Under the pieces are notes generated by a model that saw nothing but the letters and a program-made list of their open reading frames with translations, was not told the DNA's origin and made no database searches. Made by a program: the position numbers and the translations under genes. From Clostridia bacterium (GTDB taxonomy: Bacteria > Bacillota > Clostridia > UMGS1883 > UMGS1540): 64,000 nt of DNA. Below are positions 49,600 to 61,917 of the stretch, one piece after another (the stretch's first letter is position 1; each line of letters starts with the position of its first letter). The DNA lies in NCBI GenBank assembly GCA_045592445.1, contig JAZNUV010000040.1:864-64863 (forward strand), in the 5' to 3' direction.

Positions 49600-50676
49600 A
49601 TGCAAAACAAGCTGACTCTTTGTGTTGTTTTCGGCGGCCAATCACCCGAGCATGATATTTCCTGCCGTTCTGTTGTATCTGTATTAGAACATCTGAATTC
49701 AGAAAAATACACTGTACATACAATTGGTATAACAAAAAGCGGTGCATGGTATTTATATACAGGCAGTCCCGAACATATTGCTGACGGCACCTGGTCCAAA
49801 CGAAATGACGAGCTGAAAAAAGCTCTGATTTCCCCCGATGCACAAGAAAAATCTATTTTGGTTTTAGAAGATCATCGTGTTGAAATGATTTATCCTGATG
49901 TGGTCTTCCCTGTTTTACATGGCGAACATGGTGAGGATGGTACAATACAAGGTCTTTTGGAACTTGCAAATATGAAATATGTTGGCATGGGCGTCTTGTC
50001 CTCTGCAAACTGTATGGATAAAACTTTCACAAAAATTATTCTGCAACATGCAGGTATCCCACAAGCCGCTTGGGTTACCGTCAACACCTGGGAAACAGAT
50101 CGCTTTGAGGCATATATGGATAGAATTGAAAATGAACTCGGCTATCCATGCTTTGTAAAACCTGCTACCACCGGTTCTTCTGTTGGTGTTGGTAAAGCAC
50201 ATTCCCGCCGCGAGCTCGCTGCACTTTTGGAGAATGCCGCGAGATATGCACGCAAAATTTTAGTTGAAGAAAATATCGACGGACGTGAAGTTGAATGTTC
50301 TATATTGGGTAATGAGAATCCGCTTGCTGCTGAAGTTGGCGAGATTCTTCCCACTGTTGAATTTTATGATTTTGATGCAAAATATAATGATACATCCACC
50401 AAGCTTGAAATCCCCGCGAATATCCCTGAGAATACGCGTGAAGAAATTCGGTCTTTAGCCATTCGTGCATTTCGGGCAATGGATGGCGCAGGTCTTTCTC
50501 GAATTGATTTCTTTATACGACATTCTGACGGTGCTATTATTTTAAATGAAATTAATACCATGCCCGGTTTTACCAGTATCAGCATGTATCCAAAGCTTTG
50601 GCAGGCGGCAGGGCTTTCTTATGACGCGCTTTTGGATAAACTGATAGAACTTGCGCTAATTAGCAAAAAACAGTAG
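49600..50676 (+). CDS. ddl: D-alanine--D-alanine ligase
   Basis: MQNKLTLCVVFGGQSPEHDIS start with ACAGGAG RBS; ATP-grasp motifs. Start coordinate is uncertain by 1 nt because my reading of this line disagrees with the track frame. Confidence 0.9.
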   Translation: MQNKLTLCVVFGGQSPEHDISCRSVVSVLEHLNSEKYTVHTIGITKSGAWYLYTGSPEHIADGTWSKRNDELKKALISPDAQEKSILVLEDHRVEMIYPDVVFPVLHGEHGEDGTIQGLLELANMKYVGMGVLSSANCMDKTFTKIILQHAGIPQAAWVTVNTWETDRFEAYMDRIENELGYPCFVKPATTGSSVGVGKAHSRRELAALLENAARYARKILVEENIDGREVECSILGNENPLAAEVGEILPTVEFYDFDAKYNDTSTKLEIPANIPENTREEIRSLAIRAFRAMDGAGLSRIDFFIRHSDGAIILNEINTMPGFTSISMYPKLWQAAGLSYDALLDKLIELALISKKQ

Positions 50677-50691
50677 TTTGAGAGGTTTGAA

Positions 50692-51501
50692 ATGGATAAC
50701 AGATGCATCGGAGTTTTTGATTCCGGTCTTGGCGGTTTGACTGCAGTCCGGGAAATCATGGAAGTACTTCCGCATGAAAATATTGTATATTTCGGTGATA
50801 CAGGTCGTGTTCCTTATGGAACGCGCGGCAGAGATACCATTATAAAGTATGCAGAGCAAGATATTCGTTTTTTAGAAAGCTTTCATGTAAAACAGATTGT
50901 TGTTGCTTGCGGTACAGTTAGCGCCGTTGCCTTACCCCAATTATACGGCAAAACAAACATACCGCTTATCGGTGTTGTAGACGCAACCGCTTGGGCTGCA
51001 GCGAATGCAACAAAGTCAAAGCGTATTGGTATTTTGGGTACTTCGGGCACAATAAAAAGCCATGCTTTTCAAAACGCTTTGCAAAACATAGATAAAGATA
51101 TTGTAACTTATTCTAAATCATGCCCGCTTTTTGTCCCGCTTGTAGAAAATGGTCACACGAATTCAGAAGTTGCACGCCTGATTGCAAAAGAATATCTGCA
51201 AGAGATTTTGTCCTTTGATGTAGACACTTTGATTTTAGGATGCACGCATTATCCGCATTTGAAGGATGTAATCTCAGAAATCATGGGTAACGATGTCTCT
51301 CTTATTGACCCGGGCGTGGAGGTCGCAAAATATTTAAAACAAAAATTAGAAAAAGAAAATCTTTTATCCGATATATCATCAGAAGGTCAATATCGTTTCT
51401 ATGTAAGTGATGACGTAAATGATTTTTCAAACCTTGGTTCTATCTTTTTGCGACGTAACATTTGTGGACAAATCAAAAAAATAGATATTGAAAAGTTTTA
51501 A
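50692..51501 (+). CDS. murI: glutamate racemase
   Basis: IGVFDSGLGGLT and GCTHYP motifs. Confidence 0.95.
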   Translation: MDNRCIGVFDSGLGGLTAVREIMEVLPHENIVYFGDTGRVPYGTRGRDTIIKYAEQDIRFLESFHVKQIVVACGTVSAVALPQLYGKTNIPLIGVVDATAWAAANATKSKRIGILGTSGTIKSHAFQNALQNIDKDIVTYSKSCPLFVPLVENGHTNSEVARLIAKEYLQEILSFDVDTLILGCTHYPHLKDVISEIMGNDVSLIDPGVEVAKYLKQKLEKENLLSDISSEGQYRFYVSDDVNDFSNLGSIFLRRNICGQIKKIDIEKF

Positions 51502-51507
51502 TCATGA

Positions 51508-51537
51508 TAGAAACCGCGACTTTTGTCGCGGTTTCAG
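51508..51537. terminator. bidirectional terminator between murI and trmL
   Basis: AAACCGCGAC-TTTT-GTCGCGGTTT perfect 10-bp stem with A/T tracts on both sides. Confidence 0.65.
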
Positions 51538-51558
51538 ACATTTTCATATATAATCTTT

Positions 51559-52047
51559 TTACTGCTTTGCAAAGATACCTGCTGTCTTTAAATTTTCATA
51601 TTCCGTCTGTCGAAGAGCCTCGTAAAGCATCACGGCAACGGAGTTTGATAAATTCAGGCTGCGTGCCTCCTCTATCATCGGTATACGAACTGCATGGTCA
51701 AGATGTTTACAAATTAAATCCTCAGGAAGACCCTTGGTCTCTTTTCCAAAAACCAAAAAATCACCATCCTGATATCTAACATCGCTATGGCGTTGAGGCG
51801 CTTTTGTAGATGCTAAAAACATTCTTGCACCACTGTTTTTCTCCAAAAATTCATCAAAATTTTCATAATACTGTACGCCTAAAAGATGCCAATAATCAAG
51901 CCCCGCACGTTTTAATTTCTTATCATCTATCGAAAAACCCATCGGTTTTACGATATGCAGTTTTGTTCCCGTTGCTGCACAAGTTCTTGCAATATTGCCT
52001 GTATTTTGCGGAATCTCAGGCTCGACCAACACAATATGAAAAGCCAT
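51559..52047 (-). CDS. trmL: tRNA (cytidine/uridine-2'-O-)-methyltransferase TrmL (SpoU family)
   Basis: HIVLVEPEIPQNTGNIARTCAATG SPOUT motif; 162 aa. Confidence 0.9.
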   Translation of the reverse strand: MAFHIVLVEPEIPQNTGNIARTCAATGTKLHIVKPMGFSIDDKKLKRAGLDYWHLLGVQYYENFDEFLEKNSGARMFLASTKAPQRHSDVRYQDGDFLVFGKETKGLPEDLICKHLDHAVRIPMIEEARSLNLSNSVAVMLYEALRQTEYENLKTAGIFAKQ

Positions 52048-52155
52048 TTTCCCCTCCGAACGTATTTTTTATCAGTATAACAGAAAAAAATATAAATTTC
52101 AATACAAAAAAGCAAAATACTCTTTACATATTCCTCTTTTTTTAGTAAAATATAA

Positions 52156-54140
<1,985 letters not shown>

Positions 54141-54141
<1 letters not shown>

Positions 54142-54866
54142 TGCAAAAAGTTTTAAGCTTTGTTCGCCGTGCGGTGGACGATTATCATATGATTGAGGAT
54201 GGCGACCGGATTGCCGTCGGCGTTTCAGGCGGCAAAGATAGCGTAACACTCGCGCTTGCACTCCATGCACTTCGTCGTTTTTATCCGAAAAAATTTGAAA
54301 TTGTTCCAATTACACTTGCAATGGGTTTTGAAACAATGGATTTTACGCCGCTTATCGAATATTTCGCCAAAGTCGGTATGGATTTAATTGTGCAGAAAAC
54401 AAATATTGCAGAAATTTTATTTGATATTCGCCACGAATCCAATCCATGCTCCCTTTGTGCAAAACTAAGGCGCGGTGCATTGCATGATGCTGCAATTGAA
54501 CATGGTTGTAACAAGGTCGCACTCGGCCATCATAATGACGATGTATTGGAAACCTTTATTTTATCACTGTTCTATGAGGGGCGATTGCATTGCTTTAGTC
54601 CCGTTACATATTTAGACCGTAAAAAATTGCATCTTATTCGCCCGATGATATATATGAGGGAGCAGGATGTTATAGGCTTTATAAATCGAAGTGGTGCCTC
54701 AATCATTCACAACCCCTGCCCCGCCAATGGTTATACGAAAAGACAATATGCAAAAGAATTACTTACATCATTAAGCCGCGAGAACCGCGGCCTCAAAGAA
54801 CGCATGTTCACAGCACTTTCCACATCACTTGAAAATTGGAGAAAGGATGAGAAAAATGAAAATTAA
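54141..54866 (+). CDS. PP-loop ATPase, TtcA-like tRNA 2-thiocytidine synthetase family
   Basis: SGGKDS PP-loop and CxxC cysteines (CSLCAKLRRG...NPCPANG). Confidence 0.75.
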
Positions 54867-55731
54867 AAAGGCAGTTATCCCCGCCGCGGGGCTTGGTACA
54901 CGTTTCTTACCTGCAACAAAGGCAGTTCCGAAGGAGATGCTCCCCATTGTCGACACCCCTACCTTACAGTATATTGTTGAAGAGGCAGCAAGCTCAGGCA
55001 TTGAGGATATTCTGATTATCACAGGACGTGGCAAACGTGCAATCGAGGACCATTTTGACAAATCATATGAGCTTGAAAACGAGCTTGCACGTGCGGGAAA
55101 AACAGATTATATAGAAGGACTTGAGTATATTTCTTCGCTTGCAAACATTCACTATGTACGTCAAAAACAGGCACTTGGGCTTGGCCATGCAATCTATTGT
55201 GCTAAATCATTTGTCGGCAAAGAGCCGTTTGCTGTTTTGCTTGGTGACGATATTGTCCGTGCAGAAACACCATGCCTCAAACAGATGATTGATGTGTATG
55301 AAAAATACGGTGCAGGTATCTTGGGTGTTCGCGAAGTTGCGGATAAGGATGTTTCAAAATATGGTATCGTAGATGCAGAATTTGTAGAGGAAAGTATTTA
55401 TCGCGTACTGGATATGGTTGAAAAACCCGCGCTATCTGAAGCCCCCAGTAACATTGCGGTTTTAGGCAGATACATTATAACACCTGAAATCTTTACTATT
55501 TTAGAAAACACACGTCCCGGCGCAGGCGGCGAAATTCAACTTACCGATGCTTTGCGTACTCTTGCTAAGATGCAACCGATGTATTGCTATACCTTCGAAG
55601 GAAAACGCTATGATGTTGGCAGTAAAATCGGATTTTTGCAAGCTACGGTAGAATATGCACTTTCTCGCGGGGATATTGGCGCAGATTTTCTGCAATATTT
55701 AAAAGATACACTCGAGGCATACCGCGCATGA
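54856..55731 (+). CDS. galU: UTP--glucose-1-phosphate uridylyltransferase
   Basis: KAVIPAAGLGTRFLPATKAVPKEMLPIVD signature; ATG 54856 with GGAGAAAGGA RBS. Confidence 0.9.
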   Translation: MKIKKAVIPAAGLGTRFLPATKAVPKEMLPIVDTPTLQYIVEEAASSGIEDILIITGRGKRAIEDHFDKSYELENELARAGKTDYIEGLEYISSLANIHYVRQKQALGLGHAIYCAKSFVGKEPFAVLLGDDIVRAETPCLKQMIDVYEKYGAGILGVREVADKDVSKYGIVDAEFVEESIYRVLDMVEKPALSEAPSNIAVLGRYIITPEIFTILENTRPGAGGEIQLTDALRTLAKMQPMYCYTFEGKRYDVGSKIGFLQATVEYALSRGDIGADFLQYLKDTLEAYRA

Positions 55732-56576
55732 TCACACTAAAGGCACATGCAAAAATCAACTTATCTCTTGATATTATAGGAAAGCGCGAGGACGGTTACC
55801 ACGACCTTTGCACTGTTATGCAATCCATAAAGCTTGCCGACGATATTACATTACGTCATGCACACGAAATCAGTGTATGCTGTGACCTTAAATTTTTACC
55901 GTGTGATGACAGAAATATTGCCTGGCGTGCAGCAAAGCTTTTTATGGATGAAATTTCCTCCCATTCTGGTGTTTCGATACAAATTCGAAAACGCATTCCT
56001 GTTGGCGGCGGCATGGGTGGAGGTAGTGCAGATGCAGCAGCCGTTTTAATGGGGCTTAACAAACTATATCATTATCCTGTTCCGTTTACACGTCTTACGG
56101 AACTTGGTTTGATGTGTGGCGCGGACGTTCCATTTTGTATGACAGGCGGTACCTGTTTGGCAGAGGGGCTCGGCGAAATACTGACTCCGCTTTCTCCGTT
56201 GCCGCATTGTTATATTCTGCTTATAAAGCCTCGTTTTTCGCAAAGCACAAAAAAACTTTTTTCACGTGTTTCCATGCAGAAAATCACGTGTCACCCTGAT
56301 ACACATGGTCTTATAAACTCCCTGCATAACCGTGACCTGAAAGGTATATGTGTTCGTCTTTATAATGTATTGGAAACCTTTACAGATAAGCCCGAAATAG
56401 AAAACTATAAAGTTCTTCTTCGGCAGTGTGGCGCTTTGGGCGTTTTAATGACCGGTAGCGGATCTGTGGTTTATGGCATTTTTCATTCTTTTGAAAAAGC
56501 AAAAGATGCACGGGAAATTTTTTCAAAATTGCCTGTACACACCTATATTACCACTCCCGTTTCTTCAATTTTTTAA
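55728..56576 (+). CDS. ispE: 4-(cytidine 5'-diphospho)-2-C-methyl-D-erythritol kinase
   Basis: AKINLSL and GHMP-kinase motif PVGGGMGGGSADAAA. Confidence 0.9.
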   Translation: MITLKAHAKINLSLDIIGKREDGYHDLCTVMQSIKLADDITLRHAHEISVCCDLKFLPCDDRNIAWRAAKLFMDEISSHSGVSIQIRKRIPVGGGMGGGSADAAAVLMGLNKLYHYPVPFTRLTELGLMCGADVPFCMTGGTCLAEGLGEILTPLSPLPHCYILLIKPRFSQSTKKLFSRVSMQKITCHPDTHGLINSLHNRDLKGICVRLYNVLETFTDKPEIENYKVLLRQCGALGVLMTGSGSVVYGIFHSFEKAKDAREIFSKLPVHTYITTPVSSIF

Positions 56577-56597
56577 AAATGATGTTATTTTTGTATA

Positions 56598-56630
56598 TTC
56601 CCCGCAATGAAAGTGAATACTTCTCATTGA
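56598..56630 (+). promoter_or_regulatory. candidate forespore sigma-F/G-type promoter for spoIIR (GTATA-N15-GTGAATACT)
   Basis: GTATA at 56598..56602 and a GnnAATAnT-like -10 element 15 nt downstream; spoIIR is sigma-F dependent in Bacillus subtilis. Confidence 0.35.
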
Positions 56631-56640
56631 GGTGAATTAT

Positions 56641-57276
56641 ATGAAAAAAATTATGATTGCAATTTGTTCAGGGTTTATTGTTACACTTGCCCTTTCTCTA
56701 TATTCCAATACAATTCAATCCGAAATTTCGGACAGTGTATTACGTCTGCATGTCCTTGCAAACAGCGACTCTGCGGCTGACCAAGCGTTAAAATTAAAGG
56801 TACGTGACAGGTTGCTTGCAGAAAGTCGCGATTTATTCCAAAATTGCACTTCGCCCTCGGAAGCACGTGCAGTTTTTTCTGAAAATCATGATAAGTTGCA
56901 AGAAGCAGCAGCGGCAGAAATTAAAAAAGAAGGCTTCACATACCCCGTTTCTATCGCATTAAATCAAAGCTATTTCCCTACTCGGCATTATGGTAATGTT
57001 TCCTTGCCTGCAGGCGAATACGAGGCAGTCCGTGTTGAAATTGGTAATGCTTCCGGAAAAAATTGGTGGTGTGTGATGTTCCCGCCGTTATGTTTTGTGG
57101 ATGGCAGTGTGGATGGTGCTGATGCAAAAGGTACAGAAATGATACAAGAACAACTTGGTGACAATGCGGATATCATAACAAAAGACGGCACCATTGACTT
57201 AAAGCTTCGTTTTAAACTTGTGGATATATTCCAAAGCACATCCCACGCTATACGGGAAGTATTTAAAAAAGCATAA
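56641..57276 (+). CDS. spoIIR: stage II sporulation protein R
   Basis: VLRLHVLANSDSAADQALKLKVRDRLL SpoIIR signature; signal/TM N-terminus; ATG 56641 with GAGGTGA RBS. Confidence 0.85.
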   Translation: MKKIMIAICSGFIVTLALSLYSNTIQSEISDSVLRLHVLANSDSAADQALKLKVRDRLLAESRDLFQNCTSPSEARAVFSENHDKLQEAAAAEIKKEGFTYPVSIALNQSYFPTRHYGNVSLPAGEYEAVRVEIGNASGKNWWCVMFPPLCFVDGSVDGADAKGTEMIQEQLGDNADIITKDGTIDLKLRFKLVDIFQSTSHAIREVFKKA

Positions 57277-57281
57277 AAAAT

Positions 57282-57320
57282 GGCTATCTTACCATCAAGT
57301 AAGATAGCCTGTTTTAATTT
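57282..57320. terminator. bidirectional intrinsic terminator between spoIIR and serA
   Basis: GGCTATCTTAC / GTAAGATAGCC 11-bp stem; TGTTTTAATTTTT on plus, ATTTTTTAT on minus. Confidence 0.7.
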
Positions 57321-58481
57321 TTACTTTATAATTCGAACTGCTAAAACTCCGTCAATCTTTTTTATTGTATCAATAATTGAGTCGGGAACTTCATGTGCTG
57401 TATCAATGATGGTATATGCGCATTCCCCTTTATTCTTATTCACCATATTTTCTACGTTTTTATCCTGCAAAAGACCTAAGAACTGACTCAACATATTTGG
57501 CACATTTTTGTGTGCAATGGTAATACGCACGCATCCCGCACGCGCACATTCACAGTTCGGGAAATTAACAGAATTATGAATGTTTCCGTTTTCAATAAAG
57601 TCTACCATTTGTTTTGCCGCCATGATAGCACAGTTATCCTCTGCTTCCGGCGTAGATGCGCCAAGATGTGGTAGTGCTATTACATTTTTCATGCTCAGCA
57701 CTTCATCGTTGGGGAAATCCGTTACATAAACTGCCAATTTGCCTTCTTCCAACGCCGAGCCAACCGCCGCATTATCAACAAGGTCACCGCGCGAGAAATT
57801 CAAAAGGCGCGCGCCATCCTTCATATTCTGGATTGCTGTCGAATTGATCATGCCTTTTGTATCCGGCGTAAGCGGAACATGTAAAGTGATATAATCTGCT
57901 TGCGCCATTGCTTCTTCCATTGATTGTGCCACATGTACGTGACGTGATAAGCTAAGCGCCGCCTTGACGGACAAATACGGGTCATAACCGATAACATCCA
58001 TCCCTAAAGCATAAGCGGTATTCGCAACCATTGCCCCAATTGCACCAAGACCAATAACCGCAAGCTTTTTGCCTTCAATCTCGGGACCTGCGTATGTAGA
58101 CTTTCCTTTTTCCACCATTTTGGCAACATCCGGTCCGTTCCCTTCCAGTGTTCTTGCCCACAAAATGCCATCCACAACTTTTCGAGAAGCCAAGAGGAGA
58201 CCTGTAATAACTAATTCTTTTACTGCATTCGCATTTGCGCCGGGTGTGTTAAATACTACAATACCACGTTCCGTGCACTTATCTACAGGAATATTATTGA
58301 CACCTGCGCCAGCACGACCAATTGCCAAAAGCGAACTCGGCAGCTCCATTTCGTGCATGGAAAAACTGCGTAAAATAATGCCATCCGGATTATCACAATC
58401 TGTCGTGACCTTGTATGTATCTTCTTTAAAGTATTTAAGACCACAATCTGCAATTTTATTCAGTGGTTTTATTGTATACAT
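57321..58481 (-). CDS. serA: D-3-phosphoglycerate dehydrogenase (short form)
   Basis: D-isomer 2-hydroxyacid dehydrogenase NAD-binding motif GLGAIGAMVA; adjacent to serC. ATG (MYTIK) with AAAGGG RBS preferred over the track's GTG. Confidence 0.85.
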   Translation of the reverse strand: MYTIKPLNKIADCGLKYFKEDTYKVTTDCDNPDGIILRSFSMHEMELPSSLLAIGRAGAGVNNIPVDKCTERGIVVFNTPGANANAVKELVITGLLLASRKVVDGILWARTLEGNGPDVAKMVEKGKSTYAGPEIEGKKLAVIGLGAIGAMVANTAYALGMDVIGYDPYLSVKAALSLSRHVHVAQSMEEAMAQADYITLHVPLTPDTKGMINSTAIQNMKDGARLLNFSRGDLVDNAAVGSALEEGKLAVYVTDFPNDEVLSMKNVIALPHLGASTPEAEDNCAIMAAKQMVDFIENGNIHNSVNFPNCECARAGCVRITIAHKNVPNMLSQFLGLLQDKNVENMVNKNKGECAYTIIDTAHEVPDSIIDTIKKIDGVLAVRIIK

Positions 58482-58493
58482 ATATCTCACCCT

Positions 58494-59582
58494 TTACTGA
58501 TTATTTTCTTCAAACTTCTGCATGAAGGCAACTAATTTTTTTACACCTTCAATTGGCATTGCATTGTAAATACTTGCGCGCATTCCGCCTACGCTGCGAT
58601 GTCCCTTTAAGTTTACAAGCCCTTCTGCAGCTGCTGCTTTTACAAATGCCGCATCACACTCTTTATCACCCGTGACAAAGGTAACGTTCATTAGAGAACG
58701 GTCCTCCTTTTCTACCGGCGTTTTAAAGAGCTTACTGCTATCTAAAAACGCATATAAAAGATCCGCTTTTTCGCGATTCATTTTTTCCATAACAGAAATG
58801 CCGCCCAGATCACGAAGCCACTCAAGCACAAGCTTGCACATATAGATACTATATGTCGGCGGTGTATTGTACATGGAGCCATTTTCAACATGTGTTTTAT
58901 AGGTCAGCATTGTGGGTGTACCCAAAAGAGGTTCCCCAACTAAATCGTCACGAATAATTACAACTGTAAGACCGGCTGGACCCATATTCTTTTGTGCACC
59001 TGCGTATAAAAGTCCAAATTTTGAAACGTCAATTTTTTCAGAAAGAATAATGGAGGATGTATCAGCAACAAGCGGAACATTGCCCGTATCAGGAATGGAT
59101 GTAAATCTTGTTCCGAATATTGTATTATTATATGTAATATGGCAGTAATCCGCCTCCGGGTCAAACGCGCTTTTTTCTACCTTCGGAATGTATGAGAATG
59201 TTTTATCCGCACTGGATGCCACACGATTTACCGTACCATACTTCTCGCATTCTTCCGCTGCTTTTTTGGCAAATTGCCCTGTAATAATATAATCAGCTTT
59301 TTTATTTTTAGTAAGCAAATTCATGGGTACCATAGCAAACTGTGTTGAGGCACCGCCTTGCAAAAATAAAACTTTATAGTTTTCAGGAATTTCCATAATT
59401 TCGCGCAAAAGCGCTTCAGCTTCTTCTATAATTGCTTCATACGGCTTGGAACGATGGCTCATTTCCATAACGCTCATTCCCGCATCTTTGTATGCAAGCA
59501 TTTCATCCGCCGCTTTCTTCAATGCATATTCCGGTAGCATGGAAGGTCCGGCTGAAAAATTATACACTCTCTCAATTGCCAT
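58494..59582 (-). CDS. serC: phosphoserine aminotransferase
   Basis: YNFSAGPSMLP N-terminus; class V aminotransferase; 362 aa. Confidence 0.95.
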   Translation of the reverse strand: MAIERVYNFSAGPSMLPEYALKKAADEMLAYKDAGMSVMEMSHRSKPYEAIIEEAEALLREIMEIPENYKVLFLQGGASTQFAMVPMNLLTKNKKADYIITGQFAKKAAEECEKYGTVNRVASSADKTFSYIPKVEKSAFDPEADYCHITYNNTIFGTRFTSIPDTGNVPLVADTSSIILSEKIDVSKFGLLYAGAQKNMGPAGLTVVIIRDDLVGEPLLGTPTMLTYKTHVENGSMYNTPPTYSIYMCKLVLEWLRDLGGISVMEKMNREKADLLYAFLDSSKLFKTPVEKEDRSLMNVTFVTGDKECDAAFVKAAAAEGLVNLKGHRSVGGMRASIYNAMPIEGVKKLVAFMQKFEENNQ

Positions 59583-59771
59583 TTTTACTTCCTCCTATTT
59601 GTTTATCTTTTTATTATATATCATATGGAATGAATTGTCAAGGAGAAAAAGCGTTTAAATCTATTCTTTAAACTTTATTTTTGCAATTCTGCAATATTTT
59701 TTCTCAAAGTCATCAAAATACTTGATTTTTGCAACGTAATTGTGTATAATATTTTTGAAAGGATGATTGCT

Positions 59772-60395
59772 ATGGCCTTTGATAAAGTTGTGTTTGGTAA
59801 ACGGCTTCGCTCTCTTATGCAGGAATTCGGAGATACGATTTATACAGTATCGGATTATTTGCAGATGAAGCCAAGCACGATTTCTCGCTACACAAACGGC
59901 TTATATGTCCCTAAAGCACCCACAATGGATGCATTGGCAAAACGTTACGGCGTCTCCTCAGCTTGGCTTATGGGAGAATCTTCTCAAAAATATGCCCAAT
60001 CTTTTAATGTTGAGATGCGTACAGTCCCTATCTTAGGTGTAGTTGCGGCGGGGCTCCCCATTTGGGCAGAGGATAATTTTGAAGGCTATACCGCTATTGA
60101 TGCGGCGGAAAATATTGATTTTGTTTTACGCGTCAAAGGTGACAGTATGATAAACGCCCGTATTTATGATGGGGATTTCGTTTATGTTCGCAAACAGCCG
60201 GACGTTGAAAACGGTGAAGTCGCTGTTGTTCTAATTGATAACGAAGCCACAGTAAAACGTGTTTTTAAATATCCGAATATGTTAATTCTGCGTCCTGAAA
60301 ATCCTGCCTATTCCGAAATGATTTATCGAAAAAACGATGCGAAGGACATACGTATACTGGGTAAGGTTTTATACGTTAAAGGTGCTGTTCGTTAA
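59772..60395 (+). CDS. lexA: LexA repressor
   Basis: N-terminal wHTH and C-terminal S24 peptidase (VKGDSM Ser, ...KRV Lys dyad). Start trimmed to ATG 59772 with AAAGGA RBS. Confidence 0.9.
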   Translation: MAFDKVVFGKRLRSLMQEFGDTIYTVSDYLQMKPSTISRYTNGLYVPKAPTMDALAKRYGVSSAWLMGESSQKYAQSFNVEMRTVPILGVVAAGLPIWAEDNFEGYTAIDAAENIDFVLRVKGDSMINARIYDGDFVYVRKQPDVENGEVAVVLIDNEATVKRVFKYPNMLILRPENPAYSEMIYRKNDAKDIRILGKVLYVKGAVR

Positions 60396-60467
60396 CCTGT
60401 AATATAAATGTAACTTCTCTTATATATACATTATGTGTATACTATATGAGAATGGTGGTGTTTCAAT

Positions 60468-61067
60468 ATGAAATTTGAAAAGATAGGCGAAAATAAAATT
60501 AAAGTTTCAGTTTCTCAGGAGGATTTGCTGTTGCATGGCATTAGTTTTGAAAGTTTTGCCATCGGCACACCTGCTGTGCAGGATTTTTTTCGTGATTTAA
60601 TGAAAAAAGCCGAGTATGAAACTGATTTTGTTGTAGACGGAGGCCGCGTCATGATCGAAGCTATGCATCTCCAAAATGAAGGCTTTGTTATTTTTATTAC
60701 AAAACCGGATGTTTTGGCCGCACCGCAAAAAGTGCGCCGCATACGATATCGTGCCCGTCCTCGTAACGCAGTTGGGCATCGCAAAGAACTTATGTATCGG
60801 TTTGATAATTTTGATGACCTTTGTTCTTTTGCTGTAAAGTGGCGTTTTCAAGGTGAAGGTAGTAGTCTTTACAAGCTGAATTCCTCCTATATTTTATTGC
60901 TTTCCTTCCCTTTAGAAGCATACGATAAGAATTATGTAGAAGCACAAGTTTTAGAATTTGGCACACCCGTGCCAGCACTTAAAAAATCATATTTAGAAGA
61001 ACATGGGAAAAAAATATGTGATGGAGATGCCATCGCCTCAATTCTAAAATATTTTGACAGGAAGTAA
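60468..61067 (+). CDS. mecA: adaptor protein MecA
   Basis: MKFEKIGENKIKVSVSQEDLLLHGI N-terminus typical of MecA; 199 aa. Confidence 0.85.
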   Translation: MKFEKIGENKIKVSVSQEDLLLHGISFESFAIGTPAVQDFFRDLMKKAEYETDFVVDGGRVMIEAMHLQNEGFVIFITKPDVLAAPQKVRRIRYRARPRNAVGHRKELMYRFDNFDDLCSFAVKWRFQGEGSSLYKLNSSYILLLSFPLEAYDKNYVEAQVLEFGTPVPALKKSYLEEHGKKICDGDAIASILKYFDRK

Positions 61068-61071
61068 GAAA

Positions 61072-61353
61072 ATGAAAGAATCTAAGGACTTAGACGCATT
61101 GTATCAAGCTATTTTATCTTTACAAACGCCGGAAGAGTGTAAAAAATTTTTTGACGATTTATGCACAATACCCGAACTGCACTCTTTAGCACAACGCTGG
61201 GCTGTTGCAAAGCTTTTGCACGAAGGCAGTACATTCAATGAAATCATGGCAAAGCTTGGAGCTTCGTCTGCGACTATTTCGCGTGTAAATCGTTGCCTTC
61301 ACTACGGTAGCGGGGGCTATCAAACACTTTTAAATCGAAAAAAAATTGATTGA
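61072..61353 (+). CDS. YerC/YecD family TrpR-related protein
   Basis: 94-aa helical protein with ELHSLAQRWAVAKLL...TFNEI...ATISRVNRCL pattern. Confidence 0.75.
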   Translation: MKESKDLDALYQAILSLQTPEECKKFFDDLCTIPELHSLAQRWAVAKLLHEGSTFNEIMAKLGASSATISRVNRCLHYGSGGYQTLLNRKKID

Positions 61354-61371
61354 AGAAAGCTGGATTTTCGC

Positions 61372-61899
61372 ATGCGAAATTTTTGGGGACACCTTTGTAC
61401 TATTACAAAACATCGGCACATGGTAATACGCCATGCCTGGTACTGTGGCATCTTTTGGCAAGGACTTCGGCACGATTTATCCAAGTACAGTCCTTCAGAA
61501 TTCTGGACGGGTGTGCGCTATTTTAAAGGCTCGAAAAGCCCCAACGAAGGCGAACGAGAAACATATGGTTACTCCATTGCATGGATGCATCATAAAGGTC
61601 GGAACAAACATCATTTTGAGTATTGGACGGATTATGACCGTGTAACACGCGCCATGTCCCCTGTCAAAATGCCCCTTTGCTACGTAAAAGAAATGTTTTG
61701 TGACCGAGTTGCCGCGAGTAAAGTTTATCAAGGAGAGGCATATACGAACGCACATCCTCTTTCCTATTTTCATCGTGGAAAGGCCAATCGTTCCATTCAC
61801 CCAGAAACTTCTGCTCTTTTAGAATCATGGCTGACTATATTGGCTGAATCAGGAGAGGGTGCCGCCTTTTCTGAAATTCGAAACTGCACACACTATTAG
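61372..61899 (+). CDS. hypothetical protein, DUF5662-like (His-rich HDLSKYS motif)
   Basis: 175 aa; FWGHLCTITKHR...HDLSKYSPSEF...GYSIAWMHHKGRNKHHFEYW resembles the uncharacterized DUF5662 family as I recall it. Confidence 0.5.
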   Translation: MRNFWGHLCTITKHRHMVIRHAWYCGIFWQGLRHDLSKYSPSEFWTGVRYFKGSKSPNEGERETYGYSIAWMHHKGRNKHHFEYWTDYDRVTRAMSPVKMPLCYVKEMFCDRVAASKVYQGEAYTNAHPLSYFHRGKANRSIHPETSALLESWLTILAESGEGAAFSEIRNCTHY

Positions 61900-61917
61900 C
61901 AAAAGAAGGTGTTCCTT

